Shown: positions 40,645 through 54,685 of the stretch, one piece after another
Layout of the letters: each line of letters begins with the position of its first letter
Position numbering within the stretch: the stretch's first letter is position 1
Notes under the pieces: generated by a model
What the model saw: the letters and a program-made list of their open reading frames with translations, nothing else
Told to the model about the DNA's origin: nothing
The model's database searches: none
Made by a program: the position numbers and the translations under genes
From: Octopus bimaculoides
Lineage: Eukaryota
Length of the DNA: 64,000 nt
Direction of reading: 5' to 3'
Assembly (NCBI RefSeq): GCF_001194135.2
Contig: NC_068992.1
Location: forward strand, 46,434,454 to 46,498,453

Positions 40645-43191
40645 TTATGTATGTATGTACAGTGAGGGTGAAATATACATATATTTCAGCATTACATACA
40701 CACATATACATGCATTTACACAAACAGATTAACGCACAAACGCACACATACACACTCTCACACAGACACACATAGAACGCGCGTGCACACACACACAAAC
40801 TCACACAGACACACATAGTCACAATCGTTAATTCAGCGTAACTCTTTATATCTATATCAATCATAAATGCTCGACGTGAAATAATTTCAAGCCGACCCCA
40901 TTTTCTTTTATTCCTTATTTATTCTTTATAGATATTTGTTTTTCATTGTTCTAGAGAAATCGCCACATTCTGTGATGAGATATCACTTTAATGCATATAC
41001 GTGTGAGTGTGCGTGCGTTCGTTCAGTTGTTGTGAACGTGTATGTATTCATGGATATCTGCATGTACGCATATAGATATACGCGATCTCGCGGCGTACAC
41101 ACGCATATGTATAACATCATTAAGTGATGCATGAGGAATTCTTCAGCACTTTACCTAATCCCAACTTGCATGGATATATATATATATATTTATATATTTA
41201 TATCAGTATGTGTGTATATCATCACTCTTTTACAGATGTGTGTGTGTATAAATCATCTTTTCATGAAGGCGTTCATTTGTACAATACATATTCACCTGTC
41301 GTGGTCATTTAGATAAAACGTGAGTACAGCATTGAAGTATGATATCTTGTCTCTTAAGATACATGTTTGAGAGCGCTTATATATATAGTCTTAACTCTTA
41401 CACAAGCTAGCAGAGTGTTTCTCACTACAAACAAAAATAAATCAAGCTACTTTTAGTGCTTATTGCTTATTTTATTGCCTCTTATACACCCTGTCAGCTT
41501 TTGCATCACAACGATGAACTCTCACTTAATCACTTGAAAGTAAGTGTCTTCTGCATAAATATTTTTTTCTTTTTCATTTCACAACTCATACTGTTTGTTG
41601 GAAACAACTGATGCTTTTCTTCGTCCAGAAAATGCCAATGTAAGCTAGCTAGTTATATTTCACGCTTCCAGTCAATTTGTAATAAAAAGCAGTCTAAACA
41701 TCAAGTAACTCCATAAAAATGGTAGAATGCATTGGATAACATCGGTTTAGACATCGTATGTCTGAAAATATTGTAAGATCTTCAAAATACAAATAATATG
41801 TGGTAACCACTACATCGTAGCTGATCCGTTTGTGATATGTGCACAACAGAAAACGTCACGTCAATGTCAATGACTGAAATGGCAGTTTGAGCTAGTATCA
41901 AACAAGAAACATATATGTGGAAGATATTATGAAGCGATTTGTCGATGTTAAACTCGCAATTTTGTTCTTTCATTCGATATAGTCATCAAAACTAAGGGCA
42001 TTGTCAATTCTGAAACTACTTGCCTTCAAATCCGGCATTATTAGACTTTATATTCTTCTGATGTTAATATCTCTGCTCTTTTCATATAATAAAAACAGAT
42101 GAAATAATCCATACTGACCATTTATTGTCATCTGTTTTTGGACATCAGCATATTTGAGTAATTTTTCATCCAGTAGTGAGACATTCGTTACACACAAAAG
42201 CAAAAAACTTACAGTTGTATTATGCTATTTGATTAAAATCTTGTGTTATTTCCGTTCCCTTACATTGCGCATTTAAATATGTATATGCTCAGTTTTGTTT
42301 TAACATCTTCTACGGTTTAACATTGAAACATATTTTATTCTTCTTTAAACTATGCCCAATAAGAAATTTTTTTCTCTTTTGTATTTTGGTAATTCGTGAT
42401 ATTTTTGTGTGTGATCCTATGGGAATGGCTGTAGAAACTTCATTCCATTAAAATGTATATATTCCATGAATAAAAAAAAGAATATTTCAGAATTCTTATG
42501 ATTTGGCGTCAGCATTTGCAATTTTACGGCATGGAACAAGTGATGGAGCCAAACTTCGCATAACTACCAAAATATCCTACAAATGCAGATATCTCAATAT
42601 GTGTATGCCAATGTACATGTGTGTGTCCGTCGGCATGTTTATGTACGAATATGCGTATTGTGGGTATAAAATATATATAGATATATAAAATACATAAAAT
42701 ATATATTTATGTGTTTATAAGGGTGTGTATTTACATATGCGCATATGTGAGTTTGCACCTTTATAGATAAATACATAGTTATATATACATATGCATACAT
42801 ACAAACATACATACATTCATATCTGTGTATGAATGTATGTATGTTTGTGTTGATTTATGTAAGTTTGAATCGATGTATATATTTATAAATGGCTCCGCGC
42901 TTGTAACATAGAATGGCTTATCTGTGTAAAAACTTGCTGTACTCAAAAGAGTATGGGTCATGCCGGCGTTTTATGAGATATCTGTTGTGTACTTTATCCA
43001 ATTTCAAGATAAATCTGCATTCAGCAGAAAATCTGAGCTTTTGAACTATTGTAGTCACCCTTCGAAATTCTTGATTTCTAGGCAATGAGATGCATCAAGG
43101 TCGAACTCGTAACTGTATATTAAGCATGTTCTCTGAGTAAGGTATTGAGAATCTTTGTAATTTCATTGTATTTGCGTTTAAAGAATCAACC

Positions 43192-43224
<33 letters not shown>

Positions 43225-43271
43225 TGTATGTATGCATTTATCTATTTATTTCCCTCCCTCTCTCTATATCT

Positions 43272-43302
<31 letters not shown>

Positions 43303-44179
43303 CACAAATATATTTATGTACAAGTATAACGTGTGTACATGCATATACACACCCATACATATAATATATGTATACACTATACTGTAAAATGTGCCAGTTC
43401 ATATGCTATTCGTGTATCTAATGCGCCAAACATTCAACCACTGGTTAAGGTGGTGTAATCTTGATAACCTTCGCAGACGAAGCTAGACTAGATGCCCCTG
43501 AACTAAAAGTGAATATAATGCTTTATTTTGAAATACCGCTGTTTGGCTGTGACCTCTCTCTCTCACCTTAGTTAGTCATAACTGTAATATCTATGTTGTG
43601 TAAATAACATTGTTTTCGTTCATAACTCAATTAACATTTAGAAACATTTAAGAGAACAATATTAATGATATTTTGCCTTTATTTGGAGTTAATTGTACGC
43701 AATATGTCACGTTTCAAATATAGTAAATTTAAGCTGAAATGTAATTAAACTTTGTTGACCTAAGACTGTGTGTTTCCTCATTAAAAAATAAAATGTATGA
43801 AAAATAAAAATATCTAAATTAATTAACCACATAATATAAAACAAAACAATAAAACTTGAATTAAAATTCAATGTAAGAAACGTCAAACTTATATATGTAT
43901 GTAATATAGAAGGCGTAAAAAGAAAGTTGTAACTTCGACTCCAGGAATTGAAACTTACTTCCATTGCAAATCGTATAGCTTCGCCATATGTTAGGGAAAG
44001 GGAGAAGTTCCAGTGCCCACATATTTCAAGGCTCTTGGATATGTGCATTATTTTTTTTATAGTGTTAAAATGTATATATATATATATATATATTAGTGTA
44101 GTCTTTTCAGTGTGATGTACGTTTTGCAATGCCTTTTACATGAAGTCGTACATGAAATATGAGAGATTATGAAATGTGT

Positions 44180-44800
44180 GCTTTGTAACAACTTTTAAAA
44201 TGTTATACATTATAGAATATACTTAGGTAGACATGGAAAACTACATCACGTTCGGCGCACCTTTCTAGGGATGTAATCTCAATGCAGTGTTTGACGTCCA
44301 GAATTCTTCTTGTTAAAACCTGAGTACGAAAGATTGACGAAGTTTGAAAATAGATATCATCTGCGCAGTAATATATGTTGAGTGGAATGACAGCGAGTAT
44401 GTTAATATTGACGGAGAATAATTTTAGAAAAATAACTGAAGTCTTGATTACATCGGAATTGATTGGAGAGTGTCGTCAGCACACACCACGAACTATCTTT
44501 ACTAGTGATATCATTCAGGTGGAAAACTTACTCAACTTTGCAGAACATTTCAATAACAATGTCAAAAGAGATACCAATGTTTGAAAATATTGCTTTTTGC
44601 GGAATTATTCAAGGTGACTGATCCAATATAGAAACTGAAGAATGAGAGCCCCTCAATGTGATGAAGTGATGATCGTTGTATTGTGACCAGAAGTCAATTG
44701 TCCAAAGTAACATGCAATGGAATTGAACACACAAGAAAACGGTTTCAGAGTGAAGTATTTAACAACACAGCTATGCCGATTTACTTGTGTTATTGTTGAT
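44180..44800 (-). mobile_element. Highly degenerate CR1/jockey-like reverse transcriptase
   Basis: HSPINSDVIKTSVIFLKLFSVNIN...YYCADDI resembles SGVPQGSV.SP.LF...IN...YADD. Confidence 0.42.
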
Positions 44801-45760
44801 AATACACTGTTCTGTTTCTTATTGATTCATGTTATTGTTGTAGACATTGTAATTTTTACATCAACTCCAATATCCATGACTTTTCACATCTCCCGCGCGA
44901 TAACTGAGGTTGAGACATTTTCGTTTACTTCAGGTACATGAATGATGCAACTGAAGGGAGCGTATTTCTCGAATACAATAACACTGCCAAGTGACTAATT
45001 AGTTACTATTTCGACATACACGTAGATAATTGATCCTCAATGGATACTAAGAAAAGGAGAAGGGCTATGAAAGTATATTTGTCTCAGTTTATCATGCAAA
45101 ATTTAAGATGGGGATTCATGTGAAGATAGGGAATATAAGATCTCGAGATACTGAACATCAACGATAAGTTGTCAAAATGTGCCAAAACGTAGGAATACAA
45201 ACTGGATGTGAAATCAAGATGAAACGACCAACTAATGTCATTAGCGCTTATGTGTTATGCGCATATGCACTTATGTGCTCTGCAACTAATGTCATTATGC
45301 GCTTATGTAAGAGATGAGGCATTGATTATATGCTGGAAGAAGAACATGGAAGAGGAAGAGGAGGAAGGGGAGAAGGAGGAGGATGATTATGATCATGATG
45401 AGCATCATGATTATCTTTTATTAGTTACGTGATTCAGTCATCAGACAGCGGTTATGCTGAAGCGCTGCCTTCCTGAATTTTTATTAAGTTTGGTACTTAT
45501 TCAATCAGTTTGTTTTCCCGGATCGCTCCGGAAAATGGACGTAAATAAAATCGATAGTGGCGGACAATTACAGGAATAACTACTCACAAACACACACACG
45601 CACACACGCACACACAGACACACACACACACATGTATATATACGCTCATACATATACAAGCATATTTACATACACACAAACATATATATATATATATATA
45701 TATATATACACTCATACATATACAAACATATTTACATTCACACACACACACACACACACA

Positions 45761-45907
45761 CGACAGGCTTCTTTAAGTTTCCGTGTACCATATCCATTCA
45801 CAAGGCTTTAGTCGGCTCAAGGTTATTGCAGAAGACACCCAGTGTGCCGCACAGTGGGACTGAACACGGAACCATGTGATTTGGAAGCAACTACACAGCC
45901 ATGCCTA
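45761..45907 (-). mobile_element. Major SINE, 5' half
   Basis: Homologous to the corresponding part of 48074-48484. Confidence 0.78.
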
Positions 45908-46719
45908 GGATACGTTTCATTAAAATCATCCTATTGAGAACAGCATTATGTGGAGTAGTGTTATGTGAAAGTATAATATAGTATAGTGTAGTATAGTCCA
46001 ATATAGAGTCATGCAGTTTAAATCTAATGTAGTGTGTATATTTCAGTGTAGACTTGTTAATTATATTATAGAAGTGGAGTGAAACATTTTTCCTTCGTTG
46101 ACTATTTCTATTAAGCAGTGGTGTAGCCTTATTATATTGTAACATGCTCATTCGAAATGAGACTCATGTTTGAAGTACACACACATAGACAGAGTATACA
46201 GCCACTTTTCTAATTTTTTCAGTAAGAATCTCAATTGGTGGAATTGACATTGACATATTTTAGATGTATGTAAAGATGTGTTAGCCGTGCAACCATTACA
46301 GGAAAAAGAAAAAGAAGTCAATTTTGTAACCTCCAAACTTTTGGCGGGAAATTTATTACTGACAAAAGTCTATGTAGTGGTGCTAATATATAATCCCTTA
46401 CACGATTTTATTTTTAATCTGAAGAATACTTTACTTTAGTATATCGCTGATAAGCTGTAATTACGTTTTTGCCAACCTTTACGATGTTGTATGCTACCTT
46501 ATCACAAAGTACATGTACTTAAAGAGTACATTTTACACATATGCGGATTATAATTGATATACATGGCTCAGAGTATATGCTGAGAAACATAAACTAAGCT
46601 AATCCTCCGCGAAATCATAGAAATGCTGTTCTATCTAACGTTGGTATTCCTTCAGAAGGAATTGAAAGTCCACAATATCAGCCGATCGTTCCTATCTATA
46701 TTTCACAATGATTGAATAG

Positions 46720-47080
46720 AGTTTTCAATATTCTAACTGATGTACGGAAGCAACAATGTAAAAACCATTAATGCAAGGCAAGATAACACCAAGCTACACC
46801 ATGTTGTCTTTTATAAGATGGTTGCGAATGCATAATGAAATATTTAGCACAGAAAAAGCCCTTACCGAGACTGGAAGGTAAAGGTACGTTTGAAGTGCTT
46901 CCTTTCGCAAGTCATAGTGCAATGGCAAAACAATGCTGTGATTTTACTGCATGTTCAGTCCTTGACAATGGAATATTCTGTGTGTAGACTGTATCTCAGA
47001 AAAGAGCAAGCATAGAAGAAGGATCTCTTATAAATGGTTTAGAGAATCGATTGAGACATGAGGATAACAGTGAACAATGT
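46720..47080 (+). mobile_element. Possible degenerate RTE-like LINE fragment
   Basis: Weak motif similarity only: LMYGS.. and F(A)SH.. Confidence 0.25.
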
Positions 47081-47843
47081 CACTAGAAGAGGTAGGATAA
47101 CCTTGGTTTGTAGGTATAACATCTATGCCTTACCTTGTTTGGATTTGTCGTAGAACAGATGTATGTTACTTCATGAACTGGAGAGGGAGCCGGAAAATAA
47201 TGCTTTCATACAGATACAGAAGTATATATAGAGAGAATTCTAAACCAAAGAACGAAGAACTAATCTTCAGGAAATAATATAGGAAAATAGTTATTGTTTG
47301 GTTGAAAAGATTAGAACTGCAGTGGCTTTGATACAGTGGACATATAGATGAAGGTGCGACCAAAGAATCTGACAGCGAGCAGCAATGCACTGATATGGTG
47401 TTTTTACAGTTTTACAATACGAGAGACCTTTTTCTGCACGACCGCTGCAGAATATGTCTGTAGAATGCAATATGTCACAAGCATATTTTAATTAGGCAAA
47501 AGACAGCTCATGCCTAAACAATGCTTGGTGCAGACACTATACATACATACATACATACATACATGTATATATATTTATATATGTGTATGTGTGTATGTAT
47601 GTATGTATGTATTTATGTATGTATGTATGTATGTATGTATGTATAGTTCACAGACGGGATCCAGATATTCTCCGACCAGAAGAGAGTTAGTAGTGCTCAA
47701 AAGATTCAAACTTAGATTCCGGTGTCTTTACAGGAAATCGCTCCACAAGGTAAGGAAATGCTATTAGAGGTCAAGTGAAGACATGGAAGAAGATGTGTGT
47801 ATAAACAAATTAAACTCAGCAAATACGTTAGATATATGAAATA

Positions 47844-48062
47844 AATCAAATACAAAATACGTATATATGCATACGTTCAAAACGTGATTAAGGAAAAGGT
47901 GGACACTTTCAGATGGTGAATTTATGTGTACAAATAAATAGATATTTATAGTAATTGGATATTAATAAATTATATTAATAGCATATTAATGCATATCAAT
48001 TCACCATCTGAAAGTGTCCACCTTTTGCTTTATCTCGTTTTGCATATATACATTCTTTGATT
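47844..48062. repeat. Inverted repeat with perfect 29-bp core
   Basis: 47894-47922 (aaaaggtggacactttcagatggtgaatt) is the exact reverse complement of 47998-48026; 75-bp AT-rich spacer; imperfect outward extension. Confidence 0.85.
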
Positions 48063-48073
48063 ACTTTTTCTTC

Positions 48074-48283
48074 TATTTGTTTCAGTCATTTGACTGCGGC
48101 CATGCTGGAGCACCACCTTTAGTCGAAGAAATCGACCATTGGACTTATTCTTTGTAAGCCTAGTAGTTATTCTATCGGTACCTTTTGCCGAACCGCTAAG
48201 TTAGGGACGTAAACACACCAACGTCGGTTGTCAAGCGATGTTGGGTGTATGACAAACACAGACATACAAACATATACATATAA

Positions 48284-48325
<42 letters not shown>

Positions 48326-48484
48326 GACAGGGTTCTTTCAGTTTCCGTCTACCAGATCCACTCACAAGGCTTTGGTCGACTCGAGGCTATAGTAGAAGAC
48401 ACCAAGGTGGGACGCAGTGGGACAGTACCCGAAAGCATGTGGTTGGTATGGAAGCTACTTACCACATACCCACTTCTGCACGTA
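48074..48484 (-). mobile_element. Major tRNA-derived SINE, full length
   Basis: Complete head-microsatellite-tail structure. Confidence 0.88.
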
Positions 48485-48810
48485 TATATTAACATATTCT
48501 ATATTTGATGTATTTAATATATTTTATGTTTTTACTTTGTTTNNNNNNNNNNNNNNNNNNNNNNNNNNNNNNNNNNNNNNNNNNNNNNNNNNNNNNNNNN
48601 NNNNNNNNNNNNNNNNNNNNNNNNNNNNNNNNNNNNNNNNNNNNNNNNNNNNNNNNNNNNNNNNNNNNNNNNNNNNNNNNNNNNNNNNNNNNNNNNNNNN
48701 NNNNNNNNNNNNNNNNNNNNNNNNNNNNNNNNNNNNNNNNNNNNNNNNNNNNNNNNNNNNNNNNNNNNNNNNNNNNNNNNNNNNNNNNNNNNNNNNNNNN
48801 NNNNNNNNNN

Positions 48811-48948
48811 ATATACCGAAGTTCAGAAATAGCAGCTAAAAAAGCTGAGAATCCCACAGATAGCATCACTTGTAACTCACAAAGGCAAAGTGATGCTATC
48901 TGTGGGATTCTCAGGTTTTTTAGCTGCTATTTCTGAACTTCGGTATAT
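48811..48948. repeat. Near-perfect hairpin: 61-bp arms, 16-nt loop
   Basis: 48811-48871 is the reverse complement of 48888-48948 with 1 mismatch. Confidence 0.93.
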
Positions 48949-51900
48949 GGTGAAGCAAATATTTGCTGATCCCTTAATTATATTTATATATATATATACA
49001 TGGAGAAGAACCTTGTAATGTGTATTCTACCCTTTGAGTGCTCACACACGACACGGATGTGGTTGAAAAGTATTCAATTATGTAAAATTACAAAGAATGG
49101 TCTTGTATAATTTTATAGGAATATATACACAGCACCTTAACGCTGGTGTACGGCACATAAAAAAATGTGACCTACCATTAAATTCAGATCTTCCGTTCTC
49201 TTGTCATATCACTCATCTGTGTGTGCGTGCCTGTGTGTGTGTGGTGGGGTAATTTCTGTGCCTGCCTTCCTTGTGCACAAAGAAGCTCTAAATGATATAA
49301 AGATGTTTAAATAGTACCAGTCTTGCAACAAGAACTCTCGACATACATGTTTTGAAAATCCCGTGATTTATGACATTATGTGATTTGATTTCAAACTCTG
49401 AATCGAAAATCCTGTCACGAAATCGATTCACCAAACAGAAATTGTAACGTCCTGTTGTCTGCCACAAGGAGATACAGAGACAATAACAAACTGACTTTGC
49501 TGACTGCAAACACACACTGTGAACTTGATGGACTCTCTTTTACCAACAACATACACCAAAATAACATTGAAAAGTAATTATTGACGACTTTTTTTAGAAA
49601 GGCAATATTTTTATATCGTTATATTGATCTCCTGAATACTAAATACACAACAAAACAATGGAATGGAAAAAAATGTTGAAATATACGAAGAAGAACAACA
49701 ATTTGAAAACATTTAAACTTTGGATGTAGTTAATTTTATGAATATTAATAAACGCTTCATTTATTTGCCACCGGGGACTATTCATACAAACAATAGACTT
49801 GTTACAATAGAAGTTATCAAAATATGTGTTGTAGGGTGCTGCAATGTTATACAAAATCAGGGATAGAGTAGAGGTGTTGCACAATATATAATGATAAGTA
49901 GCAACTGTATAAAACATCATGATTTGCAATAAGATTTTTTCGAAGACATAAAGTAACAAGTATGACTACCCAACTATGCCTGATTCGGAAGCTGCTACTC
50001 AGTTTGGAACAAAATTCTCTACGAAACTGACCTCTCTCTGCCCCTCTATATCATGGCGTAAGACATGGCTTATTTCAATGTGACTGTGAACGTTTCAGGC
50101 GTCTGATTTAGGAGGTAGAAGCCCATAACTTTCACAAAAAGGCCCATAACCCACCAATAGTGTTGCTAATAGTCTGCCGAAGTTTCAAGTGAAGAAAGAG
50201 TCACATATTTTGAATGCAGCATTGTTTTTCTCCGCAAGATGAATTAGATTTATAAATAAGTTATATTGTATAGATATTTAAATTTTCTCAACTAAATCGC
50301 CTAAATGATCTGTAATATTTTCCGTTATGGATTCAAACCGTATTAGAAGTCTTATGTGGTAATGATTTATTTGCTAGTCGTAGATTTTGAACGTAGAATG
50401 CAAAGGATATTCATGATATTACACTCGTAGACAGAAACGGAGCACGTTTACTATTCGATTGAAACACTTCAAATTACCTCAGTACACCGCTGAATTTTCG
50501 TTGTTGATCGATCCCATACCGATCTTGAAGTTTGAGAGCGGGTTTGCCATCTCAGAGAATTAAGGAATATATATAAAAAAAGAACACAATTTCAGGCTCA
50601 ACTTCTTACCGAAGAAGATATATTGATGGCGCAGTCAAAGAACAGTTAACCTGTGACACCTTCCACACTACTTCCATATTTTCCTCATACAGCACAGCTA
50701 CACTATAACTACACATAGCTACAGCTACAATCGCAAGCTCAGAAGATTTCCATGATATATATAAAGATGGTAAGTTCTTAGTTAATGGACACAGTTATCT
50801 TTTATCACGTTTCTTATGAAACTGTAGTGTTTCCTTATAAACATTTAGAGAACATCTTCACGATATTTTATGAAAAGCCGGTTCTACTAAAGAACGGAAA
50901 TATCGAAGAAAGAAAGAATAAACGAAAGAGAGACGAAATACAAAATGAAAGGTAGGAAAAAGAAAAAAAGATAAACACAGGAAAGTTATGAAGATAGACA
51001 TAGAAAGGGGTAGAGATAGACAGAAATAGATAGTTAGAGATTAAAAAGGAAGAGAGGAAGAAAGAGAGGGAATGAAAAACCATAAAAATAATGAGTAAAA
51101 ATAGTGCGGGAAGTAATAGGTTTTTAAAGTAAATCATATATGTAAGTTAAGTACGAGAATTAAATAGGAGGTTCATGAGGGAAGCCGTATTGCAATAACA
51201 CTTTCCAATCTTATAAATGGCTTCTCATCAAGACAGCTATGAAATTATTAGCTTAAAGATGGGAATTAAATGGAAATGCCGACTGAAGAATAAAGTAATT
51301 CCAATAATACTCATCCAGATCTTTACCATTTGAAGTATTGTATAAACGATCTTACAGCCAGGATCAATTTTGTTTCATGGAACACTTGTTCACTTTTCCG
51401 CCATGAAAACTGTAGACATTCTTCAAACACTAGGTCCATGTACGATTATAATGTTATACATGTATACATACATACATACACGCGCACAAACATACATACA
51501 TGCACATATACATACACAACATAAACACACACACATATATATATATATATGCACATATATGTATATATGTACACACACACACACACACACATATATATGT
51601 ATCTATACATATATATTTATACACAAATATGTATACACACATGTCTGTTTAAGGATGTATTACATTTGAGTTTATCTTTACAGATTTTCTCTGTATTCGT
51701 TGCTAAGCGTGTAAGTGTGAGTGTGAATGCGTATGTGTGTGAGTGTGTGTATGTGTGTCTGTCTGTGTCTGTATGTGTGTGTGTGTGTGTATGTGTGTGT
51801 TGTATAATAACAGTCTGAATAAAATACGAGTCTGGACTACAGCATGTGTCTATGTATGTGCGTGTCACCTCTACATGTCATTGCGTCTTTCGGCAGGTTC

Positions 51901-52216
51901 TTGGACACACATCATCCTACACAAACAGACATCTATTTCATGAGCTATACAAAATTAAATATATGTGTGTATATACAGACACACATACATACATACATAT
52001 ATNNNNNNNNNNNNNNNNNNNNNNNNNNNNNNNNNNNNNNNNNNNNNNNNNNNNNNNNNNNNNNNNNNNNNNNNNNNNNNNNNNNNNNNNNNNNNNNNNN
52101 NNNNNNNNNNNNNNNNNNNNNNNNNNNNNNNNNNNNNNNNNNNNNNNNNNNNNNNNNNNNNNNNNNNNNNNNNNNNNNNNNNNNNNNNNNNNNNNNNNNN
52201 NNNNNNNNNNNNNNNN

Positions 52217-52247
<31 letters not shown>

Positions 52248-52597
52248 AAGAATAATCCAGGATTGCACATCGAATACATTTACGCATTAACCTATGCTAG
52301 GATTCAGACACAGAGGGCAAATATGAAAGCCAACTTTGAATAAGTAGAAGCTTACTTACTTTTTATTCTCTTTCATGTATTTCCTTTGTGTCTGCATCAA
52401 CAGATAGCTTAATGTATACGTTTCTGCCTTTCTACCTATTCTTCTCTCTGATCCTAGCTGCGTCGCTCTGTATGCCTGCTTATTGCTCAGTCTATGAAAG
52501 AATCATACACGTTTGTGTGGGTGTTGTGTGCGCGCGTGTTTATATGTGTGCATTCCACATTTAATCAATTCATATATATATATATATATATATATAC

Positions 52598-52670
52598 CCG
52601 GAGTTTTTACGTTCCTGTAACTTAGCGATTCAGTAAAAAACCGATAGAATAAGTACTAGTCTTGCAATAT
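52598..52670 (+). mobile_element. Major SINE 3' fragment
   Basis: 'tttacgttcctgtaacttagcgattcag...ccgatagaataagtactag'. Confidence 0.7.
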
Positions 52671-52687
52671 AATATCTTTTATCTACA

Positions 52688-52941
52688 ACTTGTTTCAGTC
52701 ATTAGACTGTGGCCATGCAGGAGCACCACTTTGAAGAATTTATTCGAAAACATCGACCTCTGTACTTATTTTACGTAAGCCTGGTACTTATTCTATCAGT
52801 TACACTGGTCGAACCGCTAGACTATGAAAACGCAAACACACCAACACCGGTTGCCAAATGGCTGTGGGAACAAACACGAAAAACGCACACTCTCTCACAC
52901 ACACATACAATCACACACTCACACATAAACACACACTCACA

Positions 52942-52979
<38 letters not shown>

Positions 52980-53148
52980 TATATATAAGATGGATCTCAT
53001 GCAATTTCTGTCTACCAAATCCATTCACAAAAGTGTGGTCGGCTCTTGGCTATAGTAGAAGACACTTGCCCAAATTGCCACGGAATGGGATTGAACCCTG
53101 AACCATGTGATTCGGATGTACACTTCTTCCCGCGCAACCACCCTTATA
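52688..53148 (-). mobile_element. Major tRNA-derived SINE, full length
   Basis: Homologous to 48074-48484. Confidence 0.85.
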
Positions 53149-54649
53149 CTTAATGTGTGTGTAAGTGTATGCGTCTCTACAGATCTATGTGTATATATAT
53201 ATATATATATATATTTCCTTGTATGCACATGTACACGCGCATATATAAAAGCGAACGTCTAAGTTTTGTATATAGCGTATTCTATGTGTATGCAGAACCG
53301 GCCATATAAATGTGCGTACATGAGTGTGTCTGAATGTATACGGAAGTGTGTTTTAGTACATGGCTATGTCTTCTCTGAAGCATTAATCTAGCCATATCTC
53401 TTTATTAAAAACTACTGCCCTTTTGCATCGATAGTAAGTTAAATATAATATTCTATATAACCAACCTACATAACTGCTGATGGCCAGTTTGTGTGTGTTC
53501 ATTGTTCCTATTGGAGGCTGGCAAAAATCTATGGCTGAAGAATTGGAAAGCAATGCATTTTTAGTAATAATCTTAGAGTAATAGAGAAGCCAAGCTAACC
53601 GTCCTTTATAATTCCTTAGCGAAAGCAGAATGGATTTTATTGAACTTAATCTTAAAAATAACCGTCTATTGTCTGATTATGAATAAGAACTCATATTCTG
53701 GCAGTATTTATTGGAATAATTCAATGCAGGTAATATTATTCAAGTAATTTGTTTGCCTTTTAGGTTAGAGAGCTAGACATAAAGTACTTCGCTTTCAAAA
53801 TGTATTCCTGATAAATTGGAAATGATATATAAGAAATGATATTTTTAATTTATATTTCGTTTGGCTTAGTACATTTCATTTTGTGTGATTGCTAAACCAG
53901 TATATATGATAGCACGTGTACTACTATTTTAATTGTACAAATCTTAGAATTTGGGGCACGGAGGTACAACACCACCTTTGCAAATCTCTTTATTGTTTAC
54001 GTACTGAATTCATTTAGAAAGAAAGAAAATATGTATTTGAGATGTTACGGTTTAGATTCCAATTTGAAATCTTGCTGTTTTTACAACCCCCTCCTCCCGT
54101 CTCCTCTATCATCTAGTCGTAAGAAGAGGTGTCACAAAGATTTTTGGTTTGCCCTCTACACTTCCCTTAATGTGAGGATAAATGTGGTTAGAAGATTCTT
54201 GTACTAAGTAGATATCCAGTTTCTTAGAACACATAGATAGAGAAAAATCTTTACTAAACACACTATTCAAATTATCTTTTGTTGCTTCTCTATTAATGTA
54301 AAATTGTATATCAATAATCAACAGACGAATCTAACCTGCCCTGGATGCACATCTAGAGATAAATCTAAAAGTGATATATCCTTCGTCATTTATGAAACAC
54401 AGGTTTTAGCGAACTATAGCAATGATCATACAAGCCACTACAATCAATGCCATTACAACCATTGCCATTATAATCTTTATCACTTTAACCACCGTCACCA
54501 TCACCGCTGCCTAAACTACCAAAGTCCTTACTAAACCAAGATCATTGTCACGAATTATTACATGTACCACAACTGTCACAGTACAAACATCGCAGGTACA
54601 ACCGCTAACACCGAAACCACTGCAGCAACCACTACAATGAATGCTGCGG

Positions 54650-54685
<36 letters not shown>

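Noticed and set aside
44375-44941. Two same-frame plus-strand ORFs
   Set aside because: Better explained as antisense shadow of a degenerate minus-strand RT.
47654-47749. Plus-strand 96-nt exon candidate (TGSRYSPTRRELVV..., gtaagg donor)
   Set aside because: Weak acceptor next to a (TATG)n tract and no recognisable protein.
50693-50769. Plus-strand segment ending in a strong gtaagt donor
   Set aside because: All three frames from the best acceptor contain stops; alternative acceptors are weak.
54109-54321. 70-aa minus-strand ORF in unique-looking DNA
   Set aside because: Both strands are similarly open, with no motif or convincing splice sites.
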